A stretch of DNA of 64,000 nucleotides. Source: Ilumatobacteraceae bacterium. Lineage in GTDB: Bacteria; Actinomycetota; Acidimicrobiia; Acidimicrobiales; Ilumatobacteraceae. The notes under the pieces are model-generated. The model did not search any database. It was not told the origin of the DNA and worked only from the letters and a program-made list of their open reading frames with translations. The stretch is from the NCBI GenBank assembly GCA_963716235.1, contig CAVQTE010000017.1, forward strand, positions 26,295-90,294, given 5' to 3'. Within the stretch, counting starts at the first letter, position 1. Each line of letters begins with the position of its first letter. Made by a program: the position numbers and the translations under genes. Below are positions 1 to 8,343 of this stretch, piece after piece.

Positions 1-648
1 CGTTCCCCCGCCCCCACCGACGCCGATGGCGAGCAGCATCGGCGCGAACGCCGCGAAGATCATCCCGAACGAGATCCCGACGAGCGCGAGCAGCGACACG
101 AACACCGCCGGGACCCTGCGAACGGATTCAGCCGCATCGTCCGCTCGACCCACCTCGTCGACGGTCCCCGAGCCGACCCTCGCAGCAACTCGCGCCGCGA
201 GCGCGGTGGTCCAGGTCCAGGCGATGCCGAGCACGATCCCGAGCGCGATCATCCACGGCATCGCGCTGACCAGTACGTCGCGAGCGAGATCGCCGACACG
301 GTCCAGTTCCGCGTCGGTGAGCAACACCGTGTCGCTGGAACGGAACGTCCGGTCGAAGTCCAGCAGCTCGCGAATCTCTCGACCCTGTGCGCTGGTGTAG
401 ACAGCGACAACGAACACTCCGATCAGCGCTGTAGCCGCACTCCACACCAGCGCGATCAACCAGCCGCCACGCCGGGTCACCGCCTTGAACGCAGCGAACG
501 AGTCCTCGAACCAAGCCGAGAACGAATGCGGGTCCCGGTGTGGCGCCCATCCCGTCTGAGGTGCGCGCAGCTCGGTCCATCGGCTGCCGTCCCACCAGCG
601 CCACGTCCACGCCTGCTCAGGGTCGGGGTACCATCCGGGCGGCGGCAT
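1..648 (-). CDS. DUF2510-like membrane protein; C-terminal part runs off the window start
   Basis: My own minus-strand translation; the gene is absent from the ORF track because the frame stays open to position 1. It reads MPPPGWYPDPEQAWTWRWWDGSRWTEL..., which carries the GWYPDP / RWWDG..WT motif, followed by hydrophobic helices. An alternative GTG start lies at 675, 19 nt after the ybeY stop. Confidence 0.55.
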   Translation of the reverse strand, partial: MPPPGWYPDPEQAWTWRWWDGSRWTELRAPQTGWAPHRDPHSFSAWFEDSFAAFKAVTRRGGWLIALVWSAATALIGVFVVAVYTSAQGREIRELLDFDRTFRSSDTVLLTDAELDRVGDLARDVLVSAMPWMIALGIVLGIAWTWTTALAARVAARVGSGTVDEVGRADDAAESVRRVPAVFVSLLALVGISFGMIFAAFAPMLLAIGVGGGGGT

Positions 649-693
649 CAGCGGCGGCGAGGTCGGCGCAGTCACGATGCGACGGTATCCAGC

Positions 694-1200
694 TCAGTCG
701 TGGACCTGACGGAACCCGACCGGCGCAGATCCTCCCCAGCAATGGGCCTCGAGGAGTTCGAGCTCACGGCGGCGCATGACCGCGGCCTCGTCTGCCTCGG
801 CATGGTCGAAGCCGAGCACGTGCAGCACTCCGTGGACGACCAACAGGGCGATCTCGTCGTCGAAGGTGCCGGCGTGCTCGGCGAACTGACCCGCCGCAAC
901 TGCGGGGCTGATCACCACGTCGCCGAGCAGGGTCGGAACCCCCGGTGTCGGATCGTCATCCAACGGGAAGGACAACACATCGGTCGGGCCGACCGTGCCC
1001 ATGTACTCGGCGTTCAACTCAGCGATCTCCGATGCGTCGATGAATGTCAGCGTCAGCTCACCGACTGCCGCCTCTGCCGTCAGAGCGTCCTCGGCGAGTT
1101 GCCGCCATCGGTCGAGATCGATGGGGGCCGTCGGCGGGTCGTCGGCACTGCGTTCGTCGGCGACCACGACCGCAACCCCGCGGTCCGACGAGGCCGTCAC
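694..1200 (-). CDS. ybeY: rRNA maturation endoribonuclease YbeY
   Basis: 168 aa with the zinc motif HGVLHVLGFDH. It overlaps the phoH-like gene by 4 nt, which is the conserved phoH-ybeY arrangement. Confidence 0.9.
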   Translation of the reverse strand: MTASSDRGVAVVVADERSADDPPTAPIDLDRWRQLAEDALTAEAAVGELTLTFIDASEIAELNAEYMGTVGPTDVLSFPLDDDPTPGVPTLLGDVVISPAVAAGQFAEHAGTFDDEIALLVVHGVLHVLGFDHAEADEAAVMRRRELELLEAHCWGGSAPVGFRQVHD

Positions 1201-2171
1201 GACGTGGCTGCCCGCTCGCTCTGCTGTTCGTACGCTGCGACGATGTCGGCGACGATCCTGTGGCGAACCACGTCGGCTCCGGAGAGATGGACGAAGCCCA
1301 GACCATCGATACCGGTGAGCGTCCTCTCGAGGCCGGCCAGGCCGCTCTTACCCGTCGGCACGTCGACCTGGGTCGTGTCGCCGGTGACGACCACGCGTGA
1401 CCCGAAGCCGATACGGGTGAGGAACATCTTCATCTGCTCGGGCGTCGCGTTCTGCGCCTCGTCGAGGATGATGAAGCTGCCGTTCAACGTGCGGCCGCGC
1501 ATGAACGCGAGCGGGGCCACTTCGACGATCTGACGTTCGAGCAGGCGCTGGACGGCATCAGGATCGAGCATGTCGTAGAGGGCGTCGTAGAGCGGCCGCA
1601 GATACGGATCGATCTTGGCCATCAGGTCTCCTGGCAGGAACCCGAGCCGCTCCCCCGCCTCGACGGCGGGACGGGTCAGGATGATGCGCTGTACCTCCTT
1701 GGCCTGCAACGCTCGCACCGCCATGGCGACGGCGAGCCACGACTTGCCGGTGCCCGCGGGACCCAGGCCGAACGTGATGACGTTCTCGGCGATCGCGTCG
1801 ACGTAGCGCTTCTGCCCGGCGGTCTTCGGTTTGACCTGCCGGCCCTTGGCCCCGCGCAGCACCTGGTGCGACAGGATCTCACTCGGTCGCTCGCTCGCCC
1901 GGACCATCGCCACGACCCGATCGAGCGTGATGTCGTCCAGTTGCTGGCCACCCTGGAGCAGCATCGACAGTTCCTCGAACAGGCTGGCCACGCCGGCGAC
2001 GTCGGCTTCGAGATCGCCGCTGATACGCACCTCGTTGCCGCGCACGCTGATCTGCACGGTCGGGAACTGCTGCTCGATGAGACGCAGGTACCGATCCCGC
2101 GGACCGACGAGGGCGGTCATGAGGTGGGTGCCGGGAACGACGACGGTTGTGGTGGAGGTGCTCGTGGCCAT
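1197..2171 (-). CDS. phoH: PhoH-like ATPase
   Basis: 324 aa with Walker [14 protein letters not shown] and a conserved PhoH C-terminal region ([11 protein letters not shown]). Confidence 0.9.
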   Translation of the reverse strand: MATSTSTTTVVVPGTHLMTALVGPRDRYLRLIEQQFPTVQISVRGNEVRISGDLEADVAGVASLFEELSMLLQGGQQLDDITLDRVVAMVRASERPSEILSHQVLRGAKGRQVKPKTAGQKRYVDAIAENVITFGLGPAGTGKSWLAVAMAVRALQAKEVQRIILTRPAVEAGERLGFLPGDLMAKIDPYLRPLYDALYDMLDPDAVQRLLERQIVEVAPLAFMRGRTLNGSFIILDEAQNATPEQMKMFLTRIGFGSRVVVTGDTTQVDVPTGKSGLAGLERTLTGIDGLGFVHLSGADVVRHRIVADIVAAYEQQSERAATS

Positions 2172-2303
2172 GCGGAACGGTGAAGCGACGCGACACGAAC
2201 ATGCCGGTTGCCGAACCGAGGCTACCTCGTGTGGGGTGTCGGTGTGCGCGGCATCCGGGCTGCCACCACCCCGCCGCCATCGAGCACTACGGTCGGCGGC
2301 GCC

Positions 2304-3632
2304 ATGTTCACCCGGAGGTCGCTGGCGGCCGCACTTCTCGTCATCGCGACGGCAGGCGGCCTGTGTGCAACCACTCCGGTCGCGGTTGCGCAGACCGAGG
2401 GACTGCGCCCGCTGGCAGAGGCGTCAGGGCTGAACTTCGGCACTGCGGTGACCGTCGGCGCCGTCACCACCGAGCCCGACTACCGCGAACTCGTGGTCGC
2501 GAACGTCAACATGGTCTCGACGGTCGACGAAGTGGATTTCGGGATCGTGCAGCCCGAGCCCGGCGTCTTCGACTTCAACCGCGGCGACACCCTCGTCGAG
2601 TTCGCCGAGCAGGAGTCGATGCCCGTTCGCGTTCACGAACTCATCAGCTCCGACGGTCTCCCGGACTGGCTCGTGAACGGGACCTGGACCGCCGAGACCC
2701 TCAGCGCCGTGCTGCGCGATCACATCACGGCCGTCGTGGGTCACTTCGCCGAGGAGTACCCCGGGGTCGTCACACAGTGGGACGTCGTCGACGATGCGTT
2801 CCTCCCCGACGGCACGCTGCGGAACAACATCTGGCACCAGGTGATCGGTGACGACTACATCCGGATCGCGTTCGAGGCGGCTCGCGCTGCCGACCCCGAT
2901 GCCCTGCTGTTCTACGACGACTTCTTCGATGACCTCACCGTCGCCCAGGATGCCGTCGCCAGCGGCGCGGCGATCGCGCCCGGCGCCACGGCGGACCGGT
3001 CGTCGTGTGACGACATCCCCAAGTGCGTGGCCGTGAGAGGGCTGATCTCCGACCTGCTCGAGGCGGGCGTCCCCATCGACGGTGTCGGATTGCAGTCACG
3101 CTTGGCGTCGCCCGAGCCGGCGGATCTCGCCACATTCGCCGGCTGGGTCGAGGGGCTCGGCCTCCAGTGGGCGGTCACCGAGTTCGATGTGCCGCTCCCG
3201 TACACCGAGATCCAGAACCCGGAGTCGCTGGCGTTCCAGGCAGAGGCCTACGCCGACGCACTGGCCGCATGCATCGACGCGGCGTCGTGCGACACGTTCG
3301 TCACCTGGGGCATCACGGACCGTCTGCCACCCGAACCGGACACCACGGGCGGATCGTTCGGCGGAGCACTGTGGTTCGACGTCTTCGACGACCCGAAACC
3401 CGCCTTCGATGCGATGGCAGCAGTCTTCGGGCCGTTGGACCCGGTCACTGCAGCCACCTCCGAGGCAACGACAACGCCCGCCACGACGCCCACGACCACC
3501 GATCCGGGCGGGACTGCCGACCCGGACGACAACGCTCCGATCGCGTTGATGGTCGGGGTCGCCGCACTTGCGCTCGTCGGCGTGGTCGTACTGTTGCTGC
3601 GTCGCCGTGCCGGCGGACGATCACCGAGCTGA
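2304..3632 (+). CDS. GH10 (xylanase-fold) family protein, secreted, with C-terminal membrane anchor
   Basis: Signal peptide MFTRRSLAAALLVIATAGGLCATTPVAVAQ starts at ATG 2304. The GH10-like blocks are FGTAV, WDVVDDAF and VTEFDV. A Thr/Pro-rich linker is followed by a terminal TM helix (IALMVGVAALALVGVVVLLLRRR). The ORF-track start 2208 lies upstream of the signal peptide. Confidence 0.75.
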   Translation: MFTRRSLAAALLVIATAGGLCATTPVAVAQTEGLRPLAEASGLNFGTAVTVGAVTTEPDYRELVVANVNMVSTVDEVDFGIVQPEPGVFDFNRGDTLVEFAEQESMPVRVHELISSDGLPDWLVNGTWTAETLSAVLRDHITAVVGHFAEEYPGVVTQWDVVDDAFLPDGTLRNNIWHQVIGDDYIRIAFEAARAADPDALLFYDDFFDDLTVAQDAVASGAAIAPGATADRSSCDDIPKCVAVRGLISDLLEAGVPIDGVGLQSRLASPEPADLATFAGWVEGLGLQWAVTEFDVPLPYTEIQNPESLAFQAEAYADALAACIDAASCDTFVTWGITDRLPPEPDTTGGSFGGALWFDVFDDPKPAFDAMAAVFGPLDPVTAATSEATTTPATTPTTTDPGGTADPDDNAPIALMVGVAALALVGVVVLLLRRRAGGRSPS

Positions 3633-3859
3633 CATTCGATCAGGCCCGAGCGCTTCATCGGGCACATGGGCATGTTCACACTCGACCACGTGACGGTGCA
3701 CCTGCGATCGAGCCTGCTGCGACAGCGTGCAGGTCTGCGGACCCCGCATTGCGTCGTGAGATCGCCACATGGAGTCACGAGCGCGTGCCCTTTGGCACTA
3801 TGCAGAGGCCGCTCGGCGGTGCATGATGATAGAAGGTGGGGTGAGCGAAGGGAGGAGAG

Positions 3860-5032
3860 ATGCCTGGTGCCCTGCTACCCGATGTGAAGAGGGCCCGCGA
3901 GTCGGTCGTGCTGGTCGGCACGTTTCCACCGACCGAATGCGGTATCGCCACCTACACAGCGAATCTTCGCGACGGTCTGGAGACGTGTGGCCTCGACAGC
4001 AAGGTGCTGCGACTTGTCGATGACACCGAGGTCGGTTCGGACACCGACCACGTGGTGGGTCATTGGGTGCGAGCCCAGCCCGCAGGAGCAGCATCAGCGG
4101 CTGCGCTTGCGTCCCCGTTCGATTCGGTACTCGTACAGCACGAATTCGGTATCTACCCCGGTGTCGACGGCGTCGATGTGGTCGCCTTCGTGGAGATGTG
4201 TCGTCCTGCGGTGTTCACCGTTCTCCACACGGTGCTCGAGGCCCCGACCAGTTCACAGCATCGAATCGTCGATGCCCTGGTGCGGTCGTCGGAACTCGTC
4301 GTTGTCCACACCGCCGTGGCGGCAGAGCGTCTGTTGCGAGTGCAGGACGTCCCACCGCCCAAGGTCGCAGTCGTGCCCCATGGTGCGACCCCGAACCTGT
4401 CCGCACAACGGCCGCGCGGGTCGGTCGAGCCGATCCTGCTCACGTGGGGTCTGCTCGGTCCGGGGAAGGGGATCGAGCGAGGCATCGAGGCCGTCGCGCA
4501 GATGCGTTCGGCAGGCCTCGACGTCCGCTACGTGGTGGCCGGAGAGACACATCCCAACGTCCTGCTCCGGGAAGGAGAGCGATACCGCGAGTCGCTGCAG
4601 GAGCTGGCCCAGAACCGCGACGTCGCCGACCTCGTCGACTTCTCTGCCGGCTACCGGTCTTGGGACTCACTACGGGCCATCATCCGCAGCGCGGACGTCG
4701 TGCTGCTTCCCTACGACACGCGCGACCAGGTCACCTCCGGCGTACTCGTCGAGGCACTCGCCGCGGGGAAACCGGTGGTCGCGACGGCGTTCCCTCATGC
4801 CATCGAGCTCAGCGCGACCGGCGCCGTCATTGTCGTCGACCATGAATCGCCCGACGGGATTGCATCGACGGTGACGGCAATCCTCACCGATCAGTCCCTT
4901 CGAGCGGCGATGCAAGCCGCCGCTCGAGTCGAGAGCGCCGCCTACGACTGGCCCATCGTTGGTGAACGTTTCCATCGTCTGATGACCGGACCGCTGCAGT
5001 GCGCTACGCAGCGTCGCCAGCTCGCCAGCTGA
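3860..5032 (+). CDS. GT4-family glycosyltransferase
   Basis: 390 aa with an N-terminal VVLVGTFPPTECGIATYT and a GT-B C-terminal half (VVLLPY..QVTSGVLVEALAAGKPVV). A strong SD (GGGAGGAGAG) precedes the ATG. Confidence 0.85.
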   Translation: MPGALLPDVKRARESVVLVGTFPPTECGIATYTANLRDGLETCGLDSKVLRLVDDTEVGSDTDHVVGHWVRAQPAGAASAAALASPFDSVLVQHEFGIYPGVDGVDVVAFVEMCRPAVFTVLHTVLEAPTSSQHRIVDALVRSSELVVVHTAVAAERLLRVQDVPPPKVAVVPHGATPNLSAQRPRGSVEPILLTWGLLGPGKGIERGIEAVAQMRSAGLDVRYVVAGETHPNVLLREGERYRESLQELAQNRDVADLVDFSAGYRSWDSLRAIIRSADVVLLPYDTRDQVTSGVLVEALAAGKPVVATAFPHAIELSATGAVIVVDHESPDGIASTVTAILTDQSLRAAMQAAARVESAAYDWPIVGERFHRLMTGPLQCATQRRQLAS

Positions 5033-5059
5033 ACAATGATGGGGCTCCACATCCACCCT

Positions 5060-6109
5060 TCATGCTGCCGAGGTGCTGGCAGCCTCGTCGTCGGCGAGGT
5101 CGACTCGCAGGAGTTCGAGCAGATGACGTATCGACGCCCGGGCCGCCCCGACATGCCGGTCGGCCGCTCCGTAGACGAGCGTGATCGTGTCACCGTCGTC
5201 GGCCACATGCGCTCCCTGGACGAAGATGACGTTGTCGACGTCTCCGAAGATCTCCCACTGGAGTTCAGGCACCATCAGAGCATCGCCATGGACCCCGATG
5301 GGCCGGCCGGAGCTGGAATCCAGGAGCGCGAGGTTCATCGTGTACACGCCGTCAGAGCGTCGCTCGTGGAAGAAGAGCAGCAACCCGTCCTTGCACTGCA
5401 CGGGAGGCGCACCGGCTCCGATACCCAGTGCTCCCGGCGAGCACCGGACGATGGTGTGCTGCTCGAGCGCCGCGAGGTGGGCGTCCCAGTAGTGGGCATC
5501 AGCACTCCACAGGTGATCGAGGTCGTCGAACACCGCAAGCTGCATGTCGGGGTGGATGTGGTGGAGAAGTGCGACCCTGCCGTCCACGAGGTTGAACAGC
5601 ACGGCGTCCTTGTCCTTGACACCCTCGGGGCTCAGCAGTCGACCGCTGGCGGGATCGAGGTGGAATCGTACGCCGTCGTGGGTCAGGAGGTGGGCACCGA
5701 CCCGCCACGGCTCGTCCGGATCGGAGGGCAGGTTGGTGTAGGTCATCACCACGTGCTCGCCGCGCGAATCTCGAATGATCTGCACCCGTGGGTCTTCGAA
5801 GCAGTCGACGCCGTGGTCGCCGGCTCGGGCGAGGATGTAGGCGAATTCGTAGGTCAAACCGTCGTGCGACTTGAAGACGGCGATGTCCGACACGTAGTCC
5901 AGGAATCTCGGCCCCGGACCGTCGTTGAGCCGGTAGGTGTCGCGCACTGCTCTCGCGAACAGATGGAAGTGACCATCGTGATGGAGCAGTCCGGCGTTGA
6001 AGATCGGACCGTACCCGGGCACCGAGCCCGCCGGCACCACCGGCTCGGTCGATGCGCGACGAACCGGCTGGTCACTCATGGTCTGGGAGGTCGCTGGTGT
6101 CGTGATCAT
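5060..6109 (-). CDS. GH130-like (DUF377-type) glycosidase/phosphorylase family protein
   Basis: Beta-propeller GH130-like blocks are present (IFNAGLLHHDGHFHLFARAV, FEDPRVQII, KDAVLFN). The start is placed at the internal ATG 6109, because the longer ORF (to 6355) would overlap the divergent gene at 6179. Confidence 0.7.
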   Translation of the reverse strand: MITTPATSQTMSDQPVRRASTEPVVPAGSVPGYGPIFNAGLLHHDGHFHLFARAVRDTYRLNDGPGPRFLDYVSDIAVFKSHDGLTYEFAYILARAGDHGVDCFEDPRVQIIRDSRGEHVVMTYTNLPSDPDEPWRVGAHLLTHDGVRFHLDPASGRLLSPEGVKDKDAVLFNLVDGRVALLHHIHPDMQLAVFDDLDHLWSADAHYWDAHLAALEQHTIVRCSPGALGIGAGAPPVQCKDGLLLFFHERRSDGVYTMNLALLDSSSGRPIGVHGDALMVPELQWEIFGDVDNVIFVQGAHVADDGDTITLVYGAADRHVGAARASIRHLLELLRVDLADDEAASTSAA

Positions 6110-6178
6110 GGTCCGAGCTGAGGTAGTGATGCTGTCAGTGGGTGCATCGGCACCCGAAGGAAGCCACTGGAGGCAAAC

Positions 6179-7138
6179 ATGACCGACCATGATGTGGATC
6201 CGCGTGAGTTGTTCCGGCGAGACGCGGCCAATCCGATCCTCACCGCGGCGGACTTCCCCCGGATGGTCAACACCGTGTTCAACCCTGCCGCCACGTTGTT
6301 CGAAGGGGAGACGCTGCTCCTCGTCCGAGTCGAGTTCCGCTCCGGCCTGTCGCATTTGGCGGTCGCGACGTCACCGAATGGTCGCAGCGACTGGACGATC
6401 GACCACCACCGGCGGTTCGAACCCCGAATCGACACGTTCGAGGAACAGTGGGGGATCGAGGACCCTCGCATCACCAGGGTCGGTGACGACTACTTGATCG
6501 TGTACACCGGGTACTCGGCAGGCGGGCCGTTGGTGTGTCTCGCGACGACGAAGGATTTCCGCACCTACGAGCGTCACGGAGTGTTGATGTCGCCCGAGGA
6601 CAAGGACGCGGCGCTGTTCCCCGAGCAGTTCGGTGGACGCTGGGCCCTCATCCACAGGCCTGTTCCCCGAGCAGACCTCGGAGCGCACGTGTGGCTGTCG
6701 TGGAGCCCGGATCTCCGACATTGGGGCGATGCGTCGGTCCTCCTCGAGGCGCGTCGAGGAGGGTGGTGGGACGCGAACAAGGTTGGCCTCGGGCCACCAC
6801 CATTGCTCACGTCGGACGGGTGGCTGATCTGCTACCACGGCGTCAAGACCACCGCATCGGGATCGATCTACCGACTCGGTCTTGCCCTCCTCGATCGTGA
6901 CGACCCGACGCAGGTGGTCCAGCGGGGCAACGAATGGGTCTTCGGTCCTCATGCGCCGTACGAGCGTCAGGGCGATGTGCCCGATGTCGTGTTCCCGTGC
7001 GGTTGGATCCTCCGCGACGACGGCGACACGCTCGACCTCTATTACGGTGCCGCCGACTCGGTGATCTGCCTGGCCACGGCGAGCGTGCGTGACCTGCTCG
7101 ATCATGTGCACAGCCATCCCGCACCACCTCGGCGCTGA
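6179..7138 (+). CDS. GH130 family glycosidase/beta-mannoside phosphorylase-like protein
   Basis: 319 aa with blocks ANPILTAADFP, VFNPAATLFEGETLLLVRVE, GIEDPRITRVGDDYLIVYTGYS and KDAALFPE. Confidence 0.85.
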   Translation: MTDHDVDPRELFRRDAANPILTAADFPRMVNTVFNPAATLFEGETLLLVRVEFRSGLSHLAVATSPNGRSDWTIDHHRRFEPRIDTFEEQWGIEDPRITRVGDDYLIVYTGYSAGGPLVCLATTKDFRTYERHGVLMSPEDKDAALFPEQFGGRWALIHRPVPRADLGAHVWLSWSPDLRHWGDASVLLEARRGGWWDANKVGLGPPPLLTSDGWLICYHGVKTTASGSIYRLGLALLDRDDPTQVVQRGNEWVFGPHAPYERQGDVPDVVFPCGWILRDDGDTLDLYYGAADSVICLATASVRDLLDHVHSHPAPPRR

Positions 7139-7187
7139 TCGGCAGTGTCACCGGCCGACAGCGGCAACGCCCGGCAGAAACAAAAGA

Positions 7188-7220
7188 ACCCCTGAGCAGG
7201 AACAATTCCTGCTCAGGGGT
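7188..7220 (-). terminator. Intrinsic terminator after tRNA-Cys
   Basis: Perfect inverted repeat ACCCCTGAGCAGG / CCTGCTCAGGGGT with a 7-nt loop. On the minus strand it is followed by TTCTTTTGTTTCT. Confidence 0.65.
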
Positions 7221-7295
7221 TGGAGGCGACGATGAGAATCGAACTCATGTACACGGCTTTGCAGGCCGTTGCCTAAACCACTCGGCCACGTCGCC
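7221..7295 (-). tRNA. tRNA-Cys (GCA)
   Basis: The reverse complement is GGCGACGTGGCCGAGTGGTTTAGGCAACGGCCTGCAAAGCCGTGTACATGAGTTCGATTCTCATCGTCGCCTCCA. It folds by hand into a cloverleaf with anticodon loop CTGCAAA, a GTTCGATTC T-loop and an encoded CCA. Confidence 0.9.
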
Positions 7296-7342
7296 AGTCA
7301 GGAGCCGAGGATAGCGGCACCGCCCCGATCTCGGGCAGTCGA

Positions 7343-8338
7343 TCACCGAGCCGCGTGCTCGTCGAACCACAGACCGAGGCGCCGCAACCCTTCATCGATC
7401 GACACCGCGGGGCTGTAGCCGAGGTCATCGCGTGCCGGTCGAGCATCGAACCAGTGCGCGGTGCCGAGCTGTTCGGCGAGGAACTGGGTGAGTGGCGGTT
7501 CGTCGCTGCGTCGCAGCATCGGCCACACCCGTTCGACGACCGCCCCGGCTGATCGCCCGACTCGGAGCGACACATCACGGGGGGCGAAGGGCACGCCGGC
7601 GGCCGAGCAGATCCCCTCGACCAGCTCACGAATCATCCGGGGCTCACCATTCGACACGACATACGCCCGACCCGAGCACCCTGCACCCGGTTGCACGGCG
7701 TCGAGCGCGGCGACCAGCGCCGCAACGGCATTGTCGATGTAGGTGGTGTCGACCAACGCACGGCCGCCCCCCACCAGCGCGAGGCGACCCGCACGGGCTC
7801 GCTCGACGATCCGGCCGACGAGTTGGGTGTCGCCGGGGCCCCAGACCAGGTGCGGCCGGACGGCCACCACGCCCACGTCGCCCGACGCGGCATCGAGCGC
7901 GGCGATCTCGGCCATCGCCTTCGACTCGGGATACCACGCGTGCCGACGACCCAGGACCGGCGCTTCGGCAGTTCCTCCGACGATCGGCTCGCCGCCATGC
8001 GCGACCGATGGCGACGACACGTACACCACCCGCGGCACACCTCGACCGAGCGCAGCGGACATGACGTTCGCCGTTCCATCGACGTTGATCGACCGATAGT
8101 CCTCCCATGGCCCGACCACACCGACCTTGGCGGCGACGTGCACGATGGCGTTGCAACCGGTGGCGACCTCCACGACGGCCTCGCGATCGCGGATGTCTCC
8201 GAGATGTTGGGCGACAGTGGCGTCGACGAGCGCCGAGCGATTGCGTTGCAGGCACACGACGTCGTTGCCACGAGCTGCCAACGCATTGGCCACGCCGGCA
8301 CCGATCAGACTGGAGCCCCCGGTGACCAGGACCTTCAT
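7343..8338 (-). CDS. oleD: NAD(P)H-dependent 2-alkyl-3-oxoalkanoate reductase (OleD-like, 3beta-HSD/epimerase family)
   Basis: The start MKVLVTGGSSLIGAG is at ATG 8338, and the upstream part of the 491-aa ORF is Arg/Gly junk. The catalytic motif is YPESK. The gene lies 5 nt downstream of oleBC. Confidence 0.8.
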   Translation of the reverse strand: MKVLVTGGSSLIGAGVANALAARGNDVVCLQRNRSALVDATVAQHLGDIRDREAVVEVATGCNAIVHVAAKVGVVGPWEDYRSINVDGTANVMSAALGRGVPRVVYVSSPSVAHGGEPIVGGTAEAPVLGRRHAWYPESKAMAEIAALDAASGDVGVVAVRPHLVWGPGDTQLVGRIVERARAGRLALVGGGRALVDTTYIDNAVAALVAALDAVQPGAGCSGRAYVVSNGEPRMIRELVEGICSAAGVPFAPRDVSLRVGRSAGAVVERVWPMLRRSDEPPLTQFLAEQLGTAHWFDARPARDDLGYSPAVSIDEGLRRLGLWFDEHAAR

Positions 8339-8343
8339 TGCCG

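Noticed and set aside
26-400. 124-aa plus-strand ORF at the window start, and the 160-aa minus ORF at 128-610.
   Set aside because: A third frame on the minus strand, open to position 1, carries a clear DUF2510 motif plus TM helices and fits the ybeY-downstream position. The listed ORFs are Ser/Ala/Arg-rich with no motif.
3729-3738. Second copy of GCAGGTCTGC (the SECIS-apex 10-mer), in the GH10-GT4 intergenic region.
   Set aside because: No in-frame TGA lies at the right distance (the nearest TGA is 38 nt upstream and belongs to no credible ORF). The stem is only 4 bp. One chance occurrence of this 10-mer in 128 kb of two-strand sequence is not surprising.
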